From: Catajapyx aquilonaris
Taxonomy: Eukaryota
Direction: 5' to 3'
DNA length: 32,236 bases
Assembly: GCA_000934665.2 (NCBI GenBank)
Contig: KZ539146.1
Coordinates: forward strand, 1 to 32,236
Below, piece after piece: positions 1-11,869 of this stretch. Within the stretch, counting starts at the first letter, position 1. Each line of letters opens with the position of its first letter. The position numbers and the translations under genes are program-made. The notes beneath the pieces were generated by a model. The model made no database searches, was not told where the DNA came from, and saw only the letters and a list, made by a program, of their open reading frames with translations.

Positions 1-94
1 GCGTTTCCGGACACGGTTTCCTATGTCAAAAATGTTTGTCTTGGTCCCCTCTATCACCCCTAGAAGTTTGTCGGTTGAATTCATTTACACCCTG
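1..94. mobile_element. Right end of a Tc1/mariner-type MITE (left end outside window)
   Basis: Ends ...TTTACACCCTG|TA, the reverse complement of the TA|CAGGGTG terminus seen on other elements here. Confidence 0.55.
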
Positions 95-98
95 TATA

Positions 99-247
99 CC
101 AGTGTTCTCTCCGTGTTTGCGTGGGTTTTCTCGGGTTCTCCCGTTTCCTCCCACTATCAAAATCCATCACAGCAAAGGTAATGATTGAGGTTGGTCAATT
201 AATAGATGATCCCCTAAAAAGCCCAAGGAGGCTTATCATGGGGTATC

Positions 248-330
<83 letters not shown>
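99..330 (+). mobile_element. SINE 3' part with (TTA)n tail
   Basis: Shares CTCGGGTTCTCCCGTTTCCTCCCAC...AAAATCCATCACAGCA...GGGGTATC with the full copy at 7236-7527, and ends in a (TTA)n run at ~250-330. Confidence 0.75.
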
Positions 331-332
<2 letters not shown>

Positions 333-633
333 CAGTACCAGTGTAACACAAATACTATTTTATCTAAAAGCCACCAGTCTACCATTCAAATCTTTCATAA
401 GTCAATATGTCTGCCACCCCCCAAAAGGCCCATAGAGGGCCATCAAGGGGTACGAAAAAATAAAAAAATTATTAAAAAAATAAAAAAAATAATAAATATT
501 ATTCAGCTCAGCAAACCTGGCAAGGGTGAGGCAATATCCCATGAGATCTTTATTGTTGTTGTTGTTGTTGTTGTAGGCTATTGTATACATCACACTGATA
601 TGGCGGGTGAGGGGAAGATTACCAAGGGAGGGC

Positions 634-1110
634 ACTAGTAGAGTAGTAGTAGTAGTTTATGAGTCATTTAAGACCAACAAATGAAGGGGTCGGTGCAATA
701 CCGCCCTAACCCACCAAATGACACAAATTGAGTTAAGCACACTTCCATGTACTACACTCATGTATCTAATAAAATCCATTGAAATTGTGCAGTTTCTGCC
801 ATCGGTCACTGAGAAATCAAATGAAATAAGTCACATGGTATATGGGATGTATATGGCCTCTCAAACTTTCAACTGCAGTTTTCTCAAAATCAGGTTTGGG
901 AGGGTTAGGGCAGTATTGCACCGACCCCTTCAAATATGCAGACCTTTTCTCTCGTGTGGGTCAGAGGAGGGAGTGCATTTCTGCCCAGGCACACAGAAAG
1001 GTTGGAAAAGACCCGATAAAGCAGAGGTGACAGGTACAGGATTTGAACCCCTGACCTCCCCCTTGCCTGGCCAGTGGGATAGGCTCCACTAGTCCACTGG
1101 CATGGCCCCT
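634..1110 (-). mobile_element. tRNA-derived SINE interrupted by a MITE
   Basis: Minus-strand head has an A-box-like TGGACTAGTGG and a B box GGTTCAAATCC; (CTA)n tail at ~634-657. Confidence 0.6.
683..931. mobile_element. MITE with 4-bp AAAT target-site duplication (Sola-like)
   Basis: TIR GAAGGGGTCGGTGCAATAC(C/T)GCCCTAACCC; AAAT at 679-682 and 932-935. AWWT duplications are described for Sola1. Confidence 0.7.
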
Positions 1111-1449
1111 TCTCCCATCATAAATGACATGCAACATGTCAAAGGAGGCCTGTAAGTTGCAATAGTCCAAGTGAATCTGGAGTGAGGAATAATGCCTAGT
1201 TACCCACTTTGGCATGAGTATAACTGCTCTACATTAGGCCAGGGTGCAAAGTTACTTTGCCCAAAAGTCCCCTTTGCCATTGCTCTTGCCATACTTGTGT
1301 ACTAAAATTTTGGAATACGGGTAGGCCGAGTTTGTAAGTATTTGCAAGTACCGTACATCTAAACAAAATGGAGGTGGTAAAAGTTATTATCGAAAGATTA
1401 TGGTTGAAATTTCCCATAACTTCCTGATGTTCAATTTTCTCCTCTACAG

Positions 1450-2398
1450 GTATGGAGCGTACTTGGCAGTGGTGTCATCCTCACCTGAAGTAACTTGTGA
1501 GCTGGAAGAGTTACTTAGGATGGCTGGATCAATATGTCCAAAGCGCACCACCCCAGCGCCTCCCACTCCCACCCCCTCAGGCGTGCTGGGTCCAGGCATT
1601 CGAGTCACTCCCCTTCCTCCATCAACCCATCCTTTCTTTTCCCTCTCCTCCTCCTTTTCCACTTCTGTTGGCTGGGATGCTGCTGGAGGTGGCACTGCCT
1701 CACAGGCTTCTACTTTTACTGGGTTTGACTGGTTAGCTGCCACCATCTTCCTAGTCTTCCATGGTGACCTGGAACGTAGCAAACAGTTCTTATCTCGTGT
1801 GTCCCGGTTGCCATGGGTTGGACTTTTGTGGCCTAGGTGGGGACGTCAGGAACCAGGAGCTGAAGCAAGAACTGGGTTGCTGCATGCAGTGCATTTTCTG
1901 GTTACAACGGAGTTGCCACAGGTGGCTGGAGTGGTCCAAGGTTTGCCTCCCATCTGGATGATTCCTGTTGAAAAGTGGTTGCGAGAATGGTTCTGGAATG
2001 TTTTGGACTGGACTGAAGTGGGTCATGCTCTACTGTTATGTTTGCTGTGTGGGCCAGCATTGCTACCTTTGCTGTGCGTGGCCCTCCTGGCCCACCTGCA
2101 GGAAGGAATACTGCAGGCAGCAGCCCGCGGCTTGGATGCAGATGCATCATCAGATGCTGTTGCAGAATTCTTACGGGATGCCCAGGCTAGCCAGTTCCAA
2201 GTGGCCCACTGGCTGCCATTTATGGAACGAGTTGGAAAGGATAATTCAGACTGCCTCAGGGTATGCCTAGGCCATGATCTGGTTCCTTTGCCCCTCCGAC
2301 CCACATCACCACCTACTGGTACCAAAACACTTCTTGATCCACCCCCAAAGAGGACACAGCTAAGGCCTCCTTCCACGGATCACTCATTTCACTACTAA
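1450..2398 (+). CDS. TBC1D32: Terminal coding exon of TBC1D32/broad-minded (BROMI)-like protein; upstream exons outside window
   Basis: Acceptor tcctctacAG at 1448-1449 and stop TAA at 2396-2398. Motifs DWLAATIFLVFHGD, TELPQV, WLREWFWNVLDWTEV, CVALLAHLQEGIL and FMERV resemble the BROMI C-terminal domain as recalled. Confidence 0.8.
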
Positions 2399-3049
2399 GC
2401 CTTTAAAGGATCATTCTGTCCATATACAACAAGAAGCAGTGATACAGTGGCAATGTGGCCATATAATACATATATGTGGAAGTTATCTTGACATAATTAT
2501 GTAATTTACCCTTCACCATCAGTTTGAGCAAGGATCAGTGTAACAACTGCTGTTAGCTATTAATCATTTTTATAACAGTTGCTAAACTTGACACCAAATA
2601 TAGTTATGTTTTGTTTTTTTTTAATTCCCAGCTGTTTCTAGGGTCTTTCTTGCTGCTTTTTTGACAAGACTGTTATAAACCAATGAACTTTCATATCTTG
2701 AAACTGCAGAAGTTGTAGGAAATAAGCTTGACAGATTTTCTAGATTGTTCATAGCACTGCCATAGCTCGAATTTTCTATGACCCCACTTTTTAAGAGATC
2801 CTCGTATTCAAGTTATGGAAGTTCAATTGTAGTAGCACATAGTAGTTGATGTAATGATCCTAGGTTATTCCATGCCAGTGCAGTGTACTGAAGGTAACTC
2901 AATATTTAAAATTATATAATAGCGAAAATCTTCACTGAATGAAGTGGTGCAAGCAGCGAATAATCCTTTCTTACATTTGCTAAATGCAGTGCATTTCAGT
3001 TTCATCTGTGAAGTGAATGATATGCCATTGAATATTGTCAGAGCTCACC

Positions 3050-3340
3050 TTACACTTGCCTTTAGTGCTCAACACATGAATTTTATACTATTGTGATGAG
3101 GAAAAAGTTGGTGAATCAAACTGCCATCCTTCATAAAGCCATCTCACTTGAATAGTTCTGGTCTTCCTTCCTCTGAATCCTGTGACTCTCCGTGTTCTCT
3201 TTGGGACCAACCCAATGTACTCTAGAACTACACCCTCGTGATTTTGAATAACCTCAGCTCTCTTCTGCTATGGCGATAAAGTGTACTTAGTGTGCCTGAA
3301 GGTTGCCCTGATTTGGCTGGTAACCTCTTGGAAGTGAATT
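3050..3340 (-). mobile_element. Possible degraded LINE 3' fragment (RTE-like)
   Basis: Minus strand gives RGRKTRT..RW, resembling the GRPR..W tail of RTE ORFs; no intact ORF. Confidence 0.3.
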
Positions 3341-3488
3341 AAAATGTTTCTTGTTTCCTTTTATCTACCTAGTGATCCTTTAGCATGGAGTGAATTTATT
3401 TGGAACTGGCCATTTGAAATTACAATCTGGATCATTGCTGATGGTTTCAGGTGGGGTTATTATTCTTTATACTCCCATTATCTTTAAG

Positions 3489-3540
3489 ACCACCACCACC
3501 ACCACCACCACCACCATCACCACCATCACCAGCATCAACA
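3489..3540. repeat. (ACC)n/(ATC)n microsatellite
   Basis: Direct reading. Confidence 0.9.
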
Positions 3541-4399
3541 GATTACCCTGTGATAGGTCTGTGACTTCTTAGGGGATCTTATTTTCAGCGTAATATTACC
3601 TGTTCTCACCATATGTTTGCAGTAGCATTCAGTAGTCAATAGTGGCAATATTCTATTTATATGAGAGCACAATATAATATTTCATCAATGATGTGATGCT
3701 CCTTATAGGCTAAATGAGATTGGTTTTAATTGCAAGTTCATATATAGGGAAATTATAGGGAACATGGTAATAAGGGCTGATCCATGGGCTGACCTGTACC
3801 CTCCTGTGATAGGCCCTAGAGCCCAGTTCATTTATACTAGTGACTTTTTTTCTCATTTTGGATCGGGAAAGATATTCATTCTGCTCTCCACATGCTATTA
3901 TTTTACCTTGAGCAATGCTTGACTCTTCATTTGGTCTTGTCATGAATGGAGGAGGAGTTTTGGTGGGACCACCCTCTTGTGCAACCCTGTTTACAATGAG
4001 AGGAACTATTTCTTCAACGGAACTACAAAGTTGTTTGCAGACCGCTTAGTACTACCTCAACTGCAGGCAAACATGATATAACTGTTTATGTAACAGTTGT
4101 ATCCTGCTATAGACCTGTGTGACGCCTTTGGTGACGCCAACCAATAGGGAAAACGCCATGGTGTTAAAACAACTAATCATAAAATGACTGGCACATACAG
4201 CATGTGAAATGCTGACTGAAGCATGAGTCGACTATAAAGTGTGACTCTGAATTTTAAAAGGGTGTGAGTAATGGCCTGCCAAGAAAGTCCCGAGTAGTGG
4301 ACACCAGTTTGTGGCCCACAGTGCCGGGTAATTTGATAGATCTTGATAGTTGGTATATACTGTCACCTGGAAGTCCCCACTCAGGTTTGAATGAGCCCG

Positions 4400-5210
4400 C
4401 TTTGTCCCCGCTCCCCCCTTCCGTGACGCACTTCCTCCCAGCTGCTGCTCCCCCCCCCCCNTCCCCCTGTCACCTGTTTTTCCCTCAATCCCTTGAAGTA
4501 GTCCGATGAAGTCATCGGGCCACAGACACGATTCGTAATCACCTCCCGTGGCCCGGAGGCAACGAAACCTGTCACAAAAAAAGAGGAGGTGGCCAGCCCA
4601 GTACGCGGCGCAGGGGCGGAAGGCTGACGGGTCAGTGGGTCCCATCCGGATAAACAAGGGGGGAAAAAAGGACAAGGAGCTGGAGTTTTTTTTTTTTCTC
4701 TCTCTCCCTCTCCGTTAAAGTGGCCGCGTACCACGCAGCTCACACGCACAGGAGTGTTTTCTGTCTCGCATCGTACTCTGGCGCAGTTCATTGTATTTTC
4801 GGTTCAACGACAGACTGGCCTGGGGCCAAAAGATGTGGTCGTAAACGAGCCTGTGCTGCTGACGAGAGAGAGGGCGGACGTGCCCCCTACAACGTCACCC
4901 GCGAGGTGCGCATCTCCTATCGGCTGCGGCGACTATTGTAGGTGCCTGCGACGTAGCTGGCACGCATTATCTCCCACCAGTGGATAGGCGACTGGCAGGC
5001 AACGTAACAGCCGGAGCTGCGCCTCTCTTTTTATATACCTCGCCGCGATCGCACGCTCAGTGTCAAGTGGAGGTCTGGCTGGGGAAGGTGTCCGACAGAT
5101 GCACTGAGTCACCACCCGGGGCTGCAGACTTGCAAAAATTAGCGAGGGCATTGATGCCACAGCTGCTGCCAGGGCTGCACATATCATAAGGACCACTGGA
5201 CGTCTGGGTG
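4400..5210 (+). promoter_or_regulatory. CpG-rich region, candidate Lpin promoter and non-coding first exon
   Basis: GC/CpG-rich against AT-rich flanks; TTATATA at 5031-5037, Inr-like TCAGT at 5057-5061, donor-like GG|GTGAGA at 5207/5208. The first Lpin coding exon has a splice acceptor, so an upstream exon is required. Confidence 0.5.
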
Positions 5211-5861
5211 AGATGCCCCCACTAATCATTCACGTTGTGCCATAAGTTGCGGTGGGTTATTTCTATCACTACCAAGCAGTTATCAATGGTGCACTATGAA
5301 CAGACAAGTGGTGCAGGTATGCGTCATATGACAACCCTCTGATAATTATCATTATAAGGAGTAATCTTGGATTTTTAAAAAGGGCTTACTACCACCAAAC
5401 TGAATAGCAGTTTTGTTGGAGGTTATTGAATAAAACCTGCTAGTGAGATGTTTCATTTTATTCGAGAAATTTGACTTAATGAAATATAACTAAATTAATG
5501 CCAGATTTTTTAAAAAATTGAAGGAAGGGATACAGTGACCACAAAATATAGGTCCAAATGTGGTTTTAATAACTGGCCCCTCATTAATGGTCTCTCTTCT
5601 AGTGCGCATAAAGTTCACAGCCTCATTTTGTGATCAAAACAGATTTGCCATGGAATCAATGCAATAACCATTTCAGTCGTGTGTGGGTATTGACATAAAT
5701 AATAGGAAGGTGTGTCGCCAGTTGGAAATTTGTACAGAGAAACTTGTAATGAATGGAAGAAATATTTGGTACCCCGTACTTGAAGAGGTTTAGTGGCACA
5801 AACCCTAACCTGACATGTTTGAGAGTCTTGCATGATGTGTAGCAACTGGATTTTGAATATA

Positions 5862-6456
5862 CAGTAAAACCTCTATAAGTCGAATCTCCATACGACCGGA
5901 AAATAACTTTGAGTTATAGAAGATTCGAGTTAGAGAAGTTTGGATTTTTAAAAGCACATAACTCTATAAGGAAGCCTACCTTTACAATATCCAGCAACGA
6001 AAGGTGTTCATAACTTAAAAATAACTGTCACTATCACATTTACAATGTTCCTCATTGTTTTGTTGCAAAAGAAATCTCTGTTATGGACATTTGCCTACTC
6101 TTAGATTCAAGGATTCAATTGTCACAATCGAGTCAAACACTTCTTTAGGTACGTCTGGTAGATGGAGATCAGGAAATTGAGCCTTTCTGTACATGTGGCC
6201 TACTCTCGACCCTTCTGCTGGGAAATGAGAAAAATCTCTGTACTCGCCAACATGAACTTCGACTTAGGGAGACTGAAAATGCATTGATATCCCATCGTAA
6301 GGCCCTGCCTGCACTTCGAGTTATGGAGAACTTCGAGTTATAGAAATTCGAGTTAGGGAAGTTTATTTCCTATGTGACCAACCAAGCTCATAATTTTCTT
6401 CGACTTATAGAGAACTTCGGGAACTTAGGGAAGTTCGACTTATAGAAGTTTTACTG
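5862..6456. mobile_element. Tigger/pogo-type MITE
   Basis: TIR CAGTAAAAC(C/T)TCTATAAGTCGAA, TA on both sides, multiple subterminal TTCGA(G/C)TTA repeats. Confidence 0.85.
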
Positions 6457-6881
6457 TACATTTTTTACAAGTGGTCTGCAAAAAGTGCAGTTGCTTTACG
6501 AAATGTTATGAAAATGAATATGTTTTAAATCACATTTCACAGCCAAATAGTTACTTATCAGCTGAGATTTTAAAAAAAAAAACCTTTAAGTTCACTAACA
6601 TTGTTGTGCTATTTATGTACCCAAATAATTTAATCTTACCGTGCATCCAGGATTAGATGAACCTTTTGCTGACCTACTGTAAGTCAGGATTCTGTGACTC
6701 CATCCCTCAAGGAATACATGGCATGTGTGTATTTTGTAATGTGTAGGATGCCTTGCACTTACAGCTGTCTGTGTCAACATAAATCCAGGAGAAAAGCTCT
6801 CATTAGGTCAGATTGTGTATTGTGCATATAAAACACATAAATCAAAACAAACCATTATGGCATGTCCGTGGAAGAAGTAGT

Positions 6882-7101
6882 CAGAGCTGGACACGCTAAC
6901 CGAAATTTTTTGTTCTGCTAAACTTCCACTAACCGCTAATTAAGTTAGTAGACCATGGGCAGCGCTAAATCGCTAATGATGAACTGCTAGAACGATTAGG
7001 GGGATTTCTACTAACCTTTGTAGCTGTTTAGCTTTGGCAATGTCCATGGTTTTACTAGGAGCAAGTTAGCTGTTATCGAAATTTAGCGGTGCCCACCTCT
7101 G
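6882..7101. mobile_element. hAT-type MITE
   Basis: Perfect 8-bp TSD GAAGTAGT (6874-6881, 7102-7109); CAGAG...CTCTG termini; internal CGCTAA repeats. Confidence 0.85.
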
Positions 7102-7235
7102 GAAGTAGTCAGCAATGTAGAAGACCCAAGTCAAAAAAAACAAAAAAACATTCGATTTAGTTATTGATGTTGAAGCTTTGTCATAAATCGAAAAATTTGG
7201 GGGGAGGGATATCAAGTTGTTTCCTCATATGGGTA

Positions 7236-7527
7236 GGGTGACGCAGTGGCTGCGTGGTTAGCAAGGGCCTTCCACCTCTTGAGGTCCTGAGTTTGATCCC
7301 CAGGTCTGACGGAGGATACTTATATATGTGGATATGTGGATATGTGGATAGAGTTTTGATGGGTTCTCTCTGTGTTCGTGTGAGTTTACTCGGGGTTCTC
7401 CCGTTTCCTCCCACAAGCAAAATCCATCACAGCACAGGCGATGATTCAAGTCGGGTATTTAAAAGATGATCCCCAGAGGCCCAAGAGGCCTATCACGGGG
7501 TATCTATTATTGTTATTTTATTATTAT
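7236..7527 (+). mobile_element. Full-length tRNA-derived SINE
   Basis: A box TGGCTGCGTGG, degenerate B box GAGTTTGATCCC, body shared with 99-330, TTA-rich tail. Confidence 0.8.
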
Positions 7528-8244
7528 ATTGTCTTCTCATATGATAATTGCTGAAAGTTACATCTTTAAAGTCATCCACTGAAACCCAGCATGTTGGATG
7601 AGATTCCGATACTACCAAGTTGCGTTACTTACAGGGTTCACTGTATTTCCTAACCCAGTTTCTCCAGGTTCCAGGGGTTAATGGTATCTTCTAGGGCAGA
7701 ATGAAGCTCCCTCCCCAGTCAAAAGCACTCGCAGATTTGTATCCGGTTATTGGAGATACAGAGTATTACAAAAATAGGAGGTTCAAGAGGTCAATGCTGT
7801 GGGGTTGCTGGTGCTAGTGATAGTGCGCGAGTTTTTTTGTCCTCCTGCTATGTCTCGGCTTGCAGCCAGCTTTTGTTAGATATGGTTGCACTGCCCCCAG
7901 AAGACATTTTCAGCTAGGGAAGAGCTGGAAGAGTACTAATTTTTGACAGTATTGTTAACAATAATGAATAACAAACCTCTTTTGCTCCCTTTCACCTGAA
8001 TTCTTTTTCTGAAGGTGGTGCAGCCAGACCTTATCCAAGATTCTCCCGTAAGCTTTCTTTCGGGCTACCATGATTACTTGCAGTTGACAGATGTACTTCT
8101 AACTAGCAGTAGGACAAAAAACCAACCCAGTGTTTCCAACACTTTGTTGTAGCAGGCATGGAAACAAAAGGTCATGTGTTAGGCTCCAAATTGACAAGTG
8201 CAACAGAGGCCAAAAGGTCTGACTCTAGGATGAGATAAATGAGC

Positions 8245-8600
8245 TTTATTAAGAAAAGTAGGGGCGTATTCTCAGTGGACAGGATCCAGAGGCGACAGGA
8301 TCATTGCCCAACACTTGTGAGGCTTCCAGTACTATCTCGACACTTTTCAAGTGCAGATTTAATTGCTGAATTTTGTACTGGTGTGTGAAGGAGCATTCTC
8401 TACAGGCATAACAAGTGCATAACAGTCCCCTGTTGAATGGCACTGATAAACAACTATCATCTGAGGCACTCGTAAATCCAATGCAACATTCAATATGGGC
8501 GTCCAGTAAAACAGATTGCTTCAACTTGCTTTTGTGTGCCTGAGAGCTCTTTACGTAATAGGAATGGCTGTTGGAGATAAGCCTGGTCATGAAAGCAGCT
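8245..8600 (-). mobile_element. Degraded LINE 3' end (I-clade-like)
   Basis: Minus strand, across frameshifts: TRL..SHSY, QCHSTG/TVMHLL/EC (CCHC-knuckle-like) and LGND, followed by an AATAAA-type end. Confidence 0.45.
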
Positions 8601-9483
8601 TAAGTAGGTGGGTAAATATGAAGTGATAGTAAAGTTACTACTAATCCCATGCTATGAACTTTTTCCAATTTTCAAATTGGAGTGTGCTTTTCATGATGTG
8701 AAAAATATGTTAAGGAAATTTTCTGTGATTATATGACTTGATGACGCAAATCATGAACTATTTCCAGTGGATTGCTTCCTAAAACAGATGATTTGCCAAT
8801 ATTGAAGTAATTAATGGAATAATGCATTCTTTTACGGTTAATTTACTTCACCATGCATGGCTACATTTGCATTATTGTGGAGTAAATTTTATTTGCTAGC
8901 TGCTATCTTGCAGTGCGACACTTGTCATGGACTACTTGGTGCATTGGAGAGTGGATGTGAATATGTAGAGGCTCAGGTATATTGATGAGGAGATGGCACG
9001 TTCAATTTTTATCACTTGTGGCACCACCTGATAAAACATTATTGTAGTTTCTATTGGCTGAGATGTCAATAGGTAGTTTTGCAATGCACTTGTCATTTGC
9101 GTGTTTATGTAGTGGTACTAAGATATCACAATAGCTCCTTATGAGATATTGTTGTTTATATGAAGATATGAAAATCACATGCAGGTCATCATGGTGCTCA
9201 CTTATACGTTGATTATACTTTTATCATGGGCATGCAGGAGAAACCCATTAGTCCAAAAAGTCACTTCAAAAATAATTCAAACAAATATTTATATTTACCT
9301 TTGTTTATATACTAGTAAATGCAAATAATATTGGATTCAGGCTCATTATGATTTTTTATGGCTAAATGAACTTCACAATTAAATAGAGCAGAAAAAAATG
9401 CGAACTAACAGTTTTAAAAACCCTAACAGCCGAAATATGACTCCATGGGTTTCTTTTGTTTGCCTACGTCATGATGTGCAATA

Positions 9484-9823
9484 CAGGGTGTTCCTATAGA
9501 AATGTCCTTTTTACGTAGCAATTTCTGGCACTAAGATGCTTATTTTAATCACTTGATTGTGCATAGTTTTAGTGGGCATCAAAAGTATTATCTGCTGATA
9601 CTAGGTTGTGGGCCTCCATCCTTTTAAATGCCTACAAACCTGCCTGAAAAATATAGTTTCTCTTATTGACAGTGCGTGCTAATTGATCCAATGGGCCATT
9701 CTCATTCAGCTAATACTTCTGATAACCACTAAAAGGGGACAACTCCAAATTAACTGTTCAAAAACAAACATCTTAGTGCCAAATAATTACTAAAATGTAC
9801 ATTTTACTTAATTGAACCCCCTC
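9484..9823. mobile_element. Old Tc1/mariner-type MITE
   Basis: TA|CAGGGTGTTC start, degenerate GAACCCCCTC|TA end; subterminal inverted TGGCACTAAGATG / CATCTTAGTGCCA. Confidence 0.6.
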
Positions 9824-9877
9824 TATATTATTTTACTGCATATTAGCAATAAGTAATAGCAAGTTATCTCGGATTAG

Positions 9878-10538
9878 TAAAGTCCGGATTTTTAGGCAAA
9901 TGCCTATTTAGTTCCTTAACAGTTGGGATGGTTTTGTGAAGCGATCTATTCGTTTCATAAGTGTAGGATGTGGAAAATGTAGGTTTTATAGTGTCTCAAA
10001 TTGCTTATTGCGGGGTTTTGGGAACTACTATTTTTGCCTATTCTGGGTTTTTGCGACTTTTCATGCCTATTTTGCCTTTTTTTGGGATAGTTTTTGAACA
10101 TTTTGAAGCAATTCCAGGACTTTTTGGGCCTATTCTGGACCTATTCCTTCAGAGGCATGTTTGTTTTTTGCAAAGTATTTTTTGTGCTCCGTAAAGCACC
10201 AAAATCGTTCAAAGTAATTAGTTTCACTAATGAAAATCAATATTTTTTTTTGGTAACATACTGTGCAAATGGGAACGGGCTATGAACAGTTTAGGCCAGA
10301 GCAAGTTATACTTTCTTGCAATTTGTGTCCAAGTTTTGTGATTTTCTGTCAGTTTATCATTGTTATTCGGTTTTTGCTATGGTTTGTGACCGTATATTTA
10401 TACTTTAGACTTATAATATTATCCTAGCTAGGATTATTCTAGCTTTTTTATTTTCTGTAACGTTATCCTCCATGCTCCCGAAAAAGTAATAATTTTGTGC
10501 CTATTTGAGGTTTTTCATGCCTAAAAATCCGGACTCGA
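9878..10538. mobile_element. hAT-type MITE
   Basis: Inverted core AGTCCGGATTTTTAGGCA; imperfect 8-bp TSD CGGATTAG/GTGATTAG; internal TGCCTAT repeats. Confidence 0.7.
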
Positions 10539-10691
10539 GTGATTAGACGCCAGGATGTTTTTGATACCTGAGGTTTTCAAAGGATTTTACTGGCCTACTT
10601 TATTATTGGTAATGTTTTTTGTTCTCCCTCTAGTTTCCTAAAAGGAAGCTACAAGAAGAACTGGAACATCTATTGGAAGTTTTTACACAAT

Positions 10692-10871
10692 ATGAACTAT
10701 ATTGGGAAGGTGTTCAGCAATGTTCGTGACTTCTACAACGAAATTAATGCTGCAACTCTTACTGGTGCCATTGACATACTGGTAGTGGAACGTGAGAATG
10801 GAACATTTGCCTGCTCTCCGTTCCATGTTCGCTTTGGGAAGCTGGGTGTACTCCGAGCACGGGAAAAAGTT
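10692..10871 (+). CDS. Lpin: Lipin (phosphatidate phosphatase) coding exon 1, N-LIP domain
   Basis: [28 protein letters not shown]...[14 protein letters not shown]; acceptor AG at 10632-10633, donor GTAAGT at 10872, phase 0. Confidence 0.97.
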
Positions 10872-11127
10872 GTAAGTTTTATATGGTGATTCTAGTCTAA
10901 CTAGTAAAAGTGTTATAGATGATGTGGAATCGTCAAAAAACTATTTAATTTTTTTAGAGCATTAATGGAGGAATTATGTTGCTAATAGGTTACAGTAACC
11001 TATAGGAAAGGGGCTGGGACATTATTCCTGATATTTGTTCCTTTCTTGGAAGAAGTTATATTTTACACTTTTGCAGAAAATATTATGATAAAAGCCCTCA
11101 CTGTAGTGTTAGATCCTACTTTATATA

Positions 11128-11686
11128 CAGGGTAGTTGGTAAATGGCGCACCAGCTTCAGGTAGCGAGATTCCTTGTGAAAAACCAGTGTATGGAAATGA
11201 AGATCCTAATGCTCTACAATGCTTGGTTATTGCTCACAAGGCCTGCAAAGTTTGGACCAAATCACGACGTCACATCCACCTGCGAAATTTTAACACTACC
11301 GTATCGCTACAATATGCGGTGCTTTGCCATGTTGACACCCCCCACACTGCCCCCACATTTCCACTCAACAATTGAACCGTATAAACTTGTGGCAGGGGGA
11401 AGATGGTAATAAGGCAATGCCTAGCAACGTCCTTGCAAGTTTATATGGTTCCATTGTTGGGTGAAAATGTGGAGGATGTCAATATGGCAATGCACCGCAT
11501 ACAGTAACAATACTGTAGTGTTTGAATTTTGTGGGCAGATGTGACGTCATGATTTGGCCCAAACTTGGGAGGCCTTGTGAGCGATAACCATGCATTGTAG
11601 AGCATTAGGACCTTCACTTCCTTATGCTGATTTTTCACAAGGAATCTCGCTACCTGAAGCTTGTGCGCCATTTTCCAACCACCCTG
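11128..11686. mobile_element. Foldback Tc1/mariner-type MITE with long diverged arms
   Basis: TA|CAGGGT...ACCCTG|TA; arms ~240 bp, which produce the mirror ORFs 11143(+) and 11671(-). Confidence 0.9.
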
Positions 11687-11869
11687 TATATTGGCATGCA
11701 GATATAGTCATCACATGTGAATGTTTATAAATCTGATCACTCCTGTTTTTACTGGGCTGAAAATATTTGTGGGTAATATGGAAGATGGCTAGTAAGGTTG
11801 GGTTGCATGGTTGATATTAAATCTGAGACAAGTTGTTGATCCTTGTTGTTCATATAGTTTCAAGGTATA

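Noticed and set aside
121..435. Poly-Leu ORF
   Set aside because: Translation of the (TTA)n SINE tail.
4232..5229. Overlapping ORFs in the GC-rich region
   Set aside because: Expected from stop-codon scarcity in GC-rich DNA; no protein motifs.
5900..6450. CRISPR-like array of TTCGAGTTA repeats
   Set aside because: Short, irregularly spaced subterminal repeats inside a TIR element in eukaryotic DNA; no cas genes.
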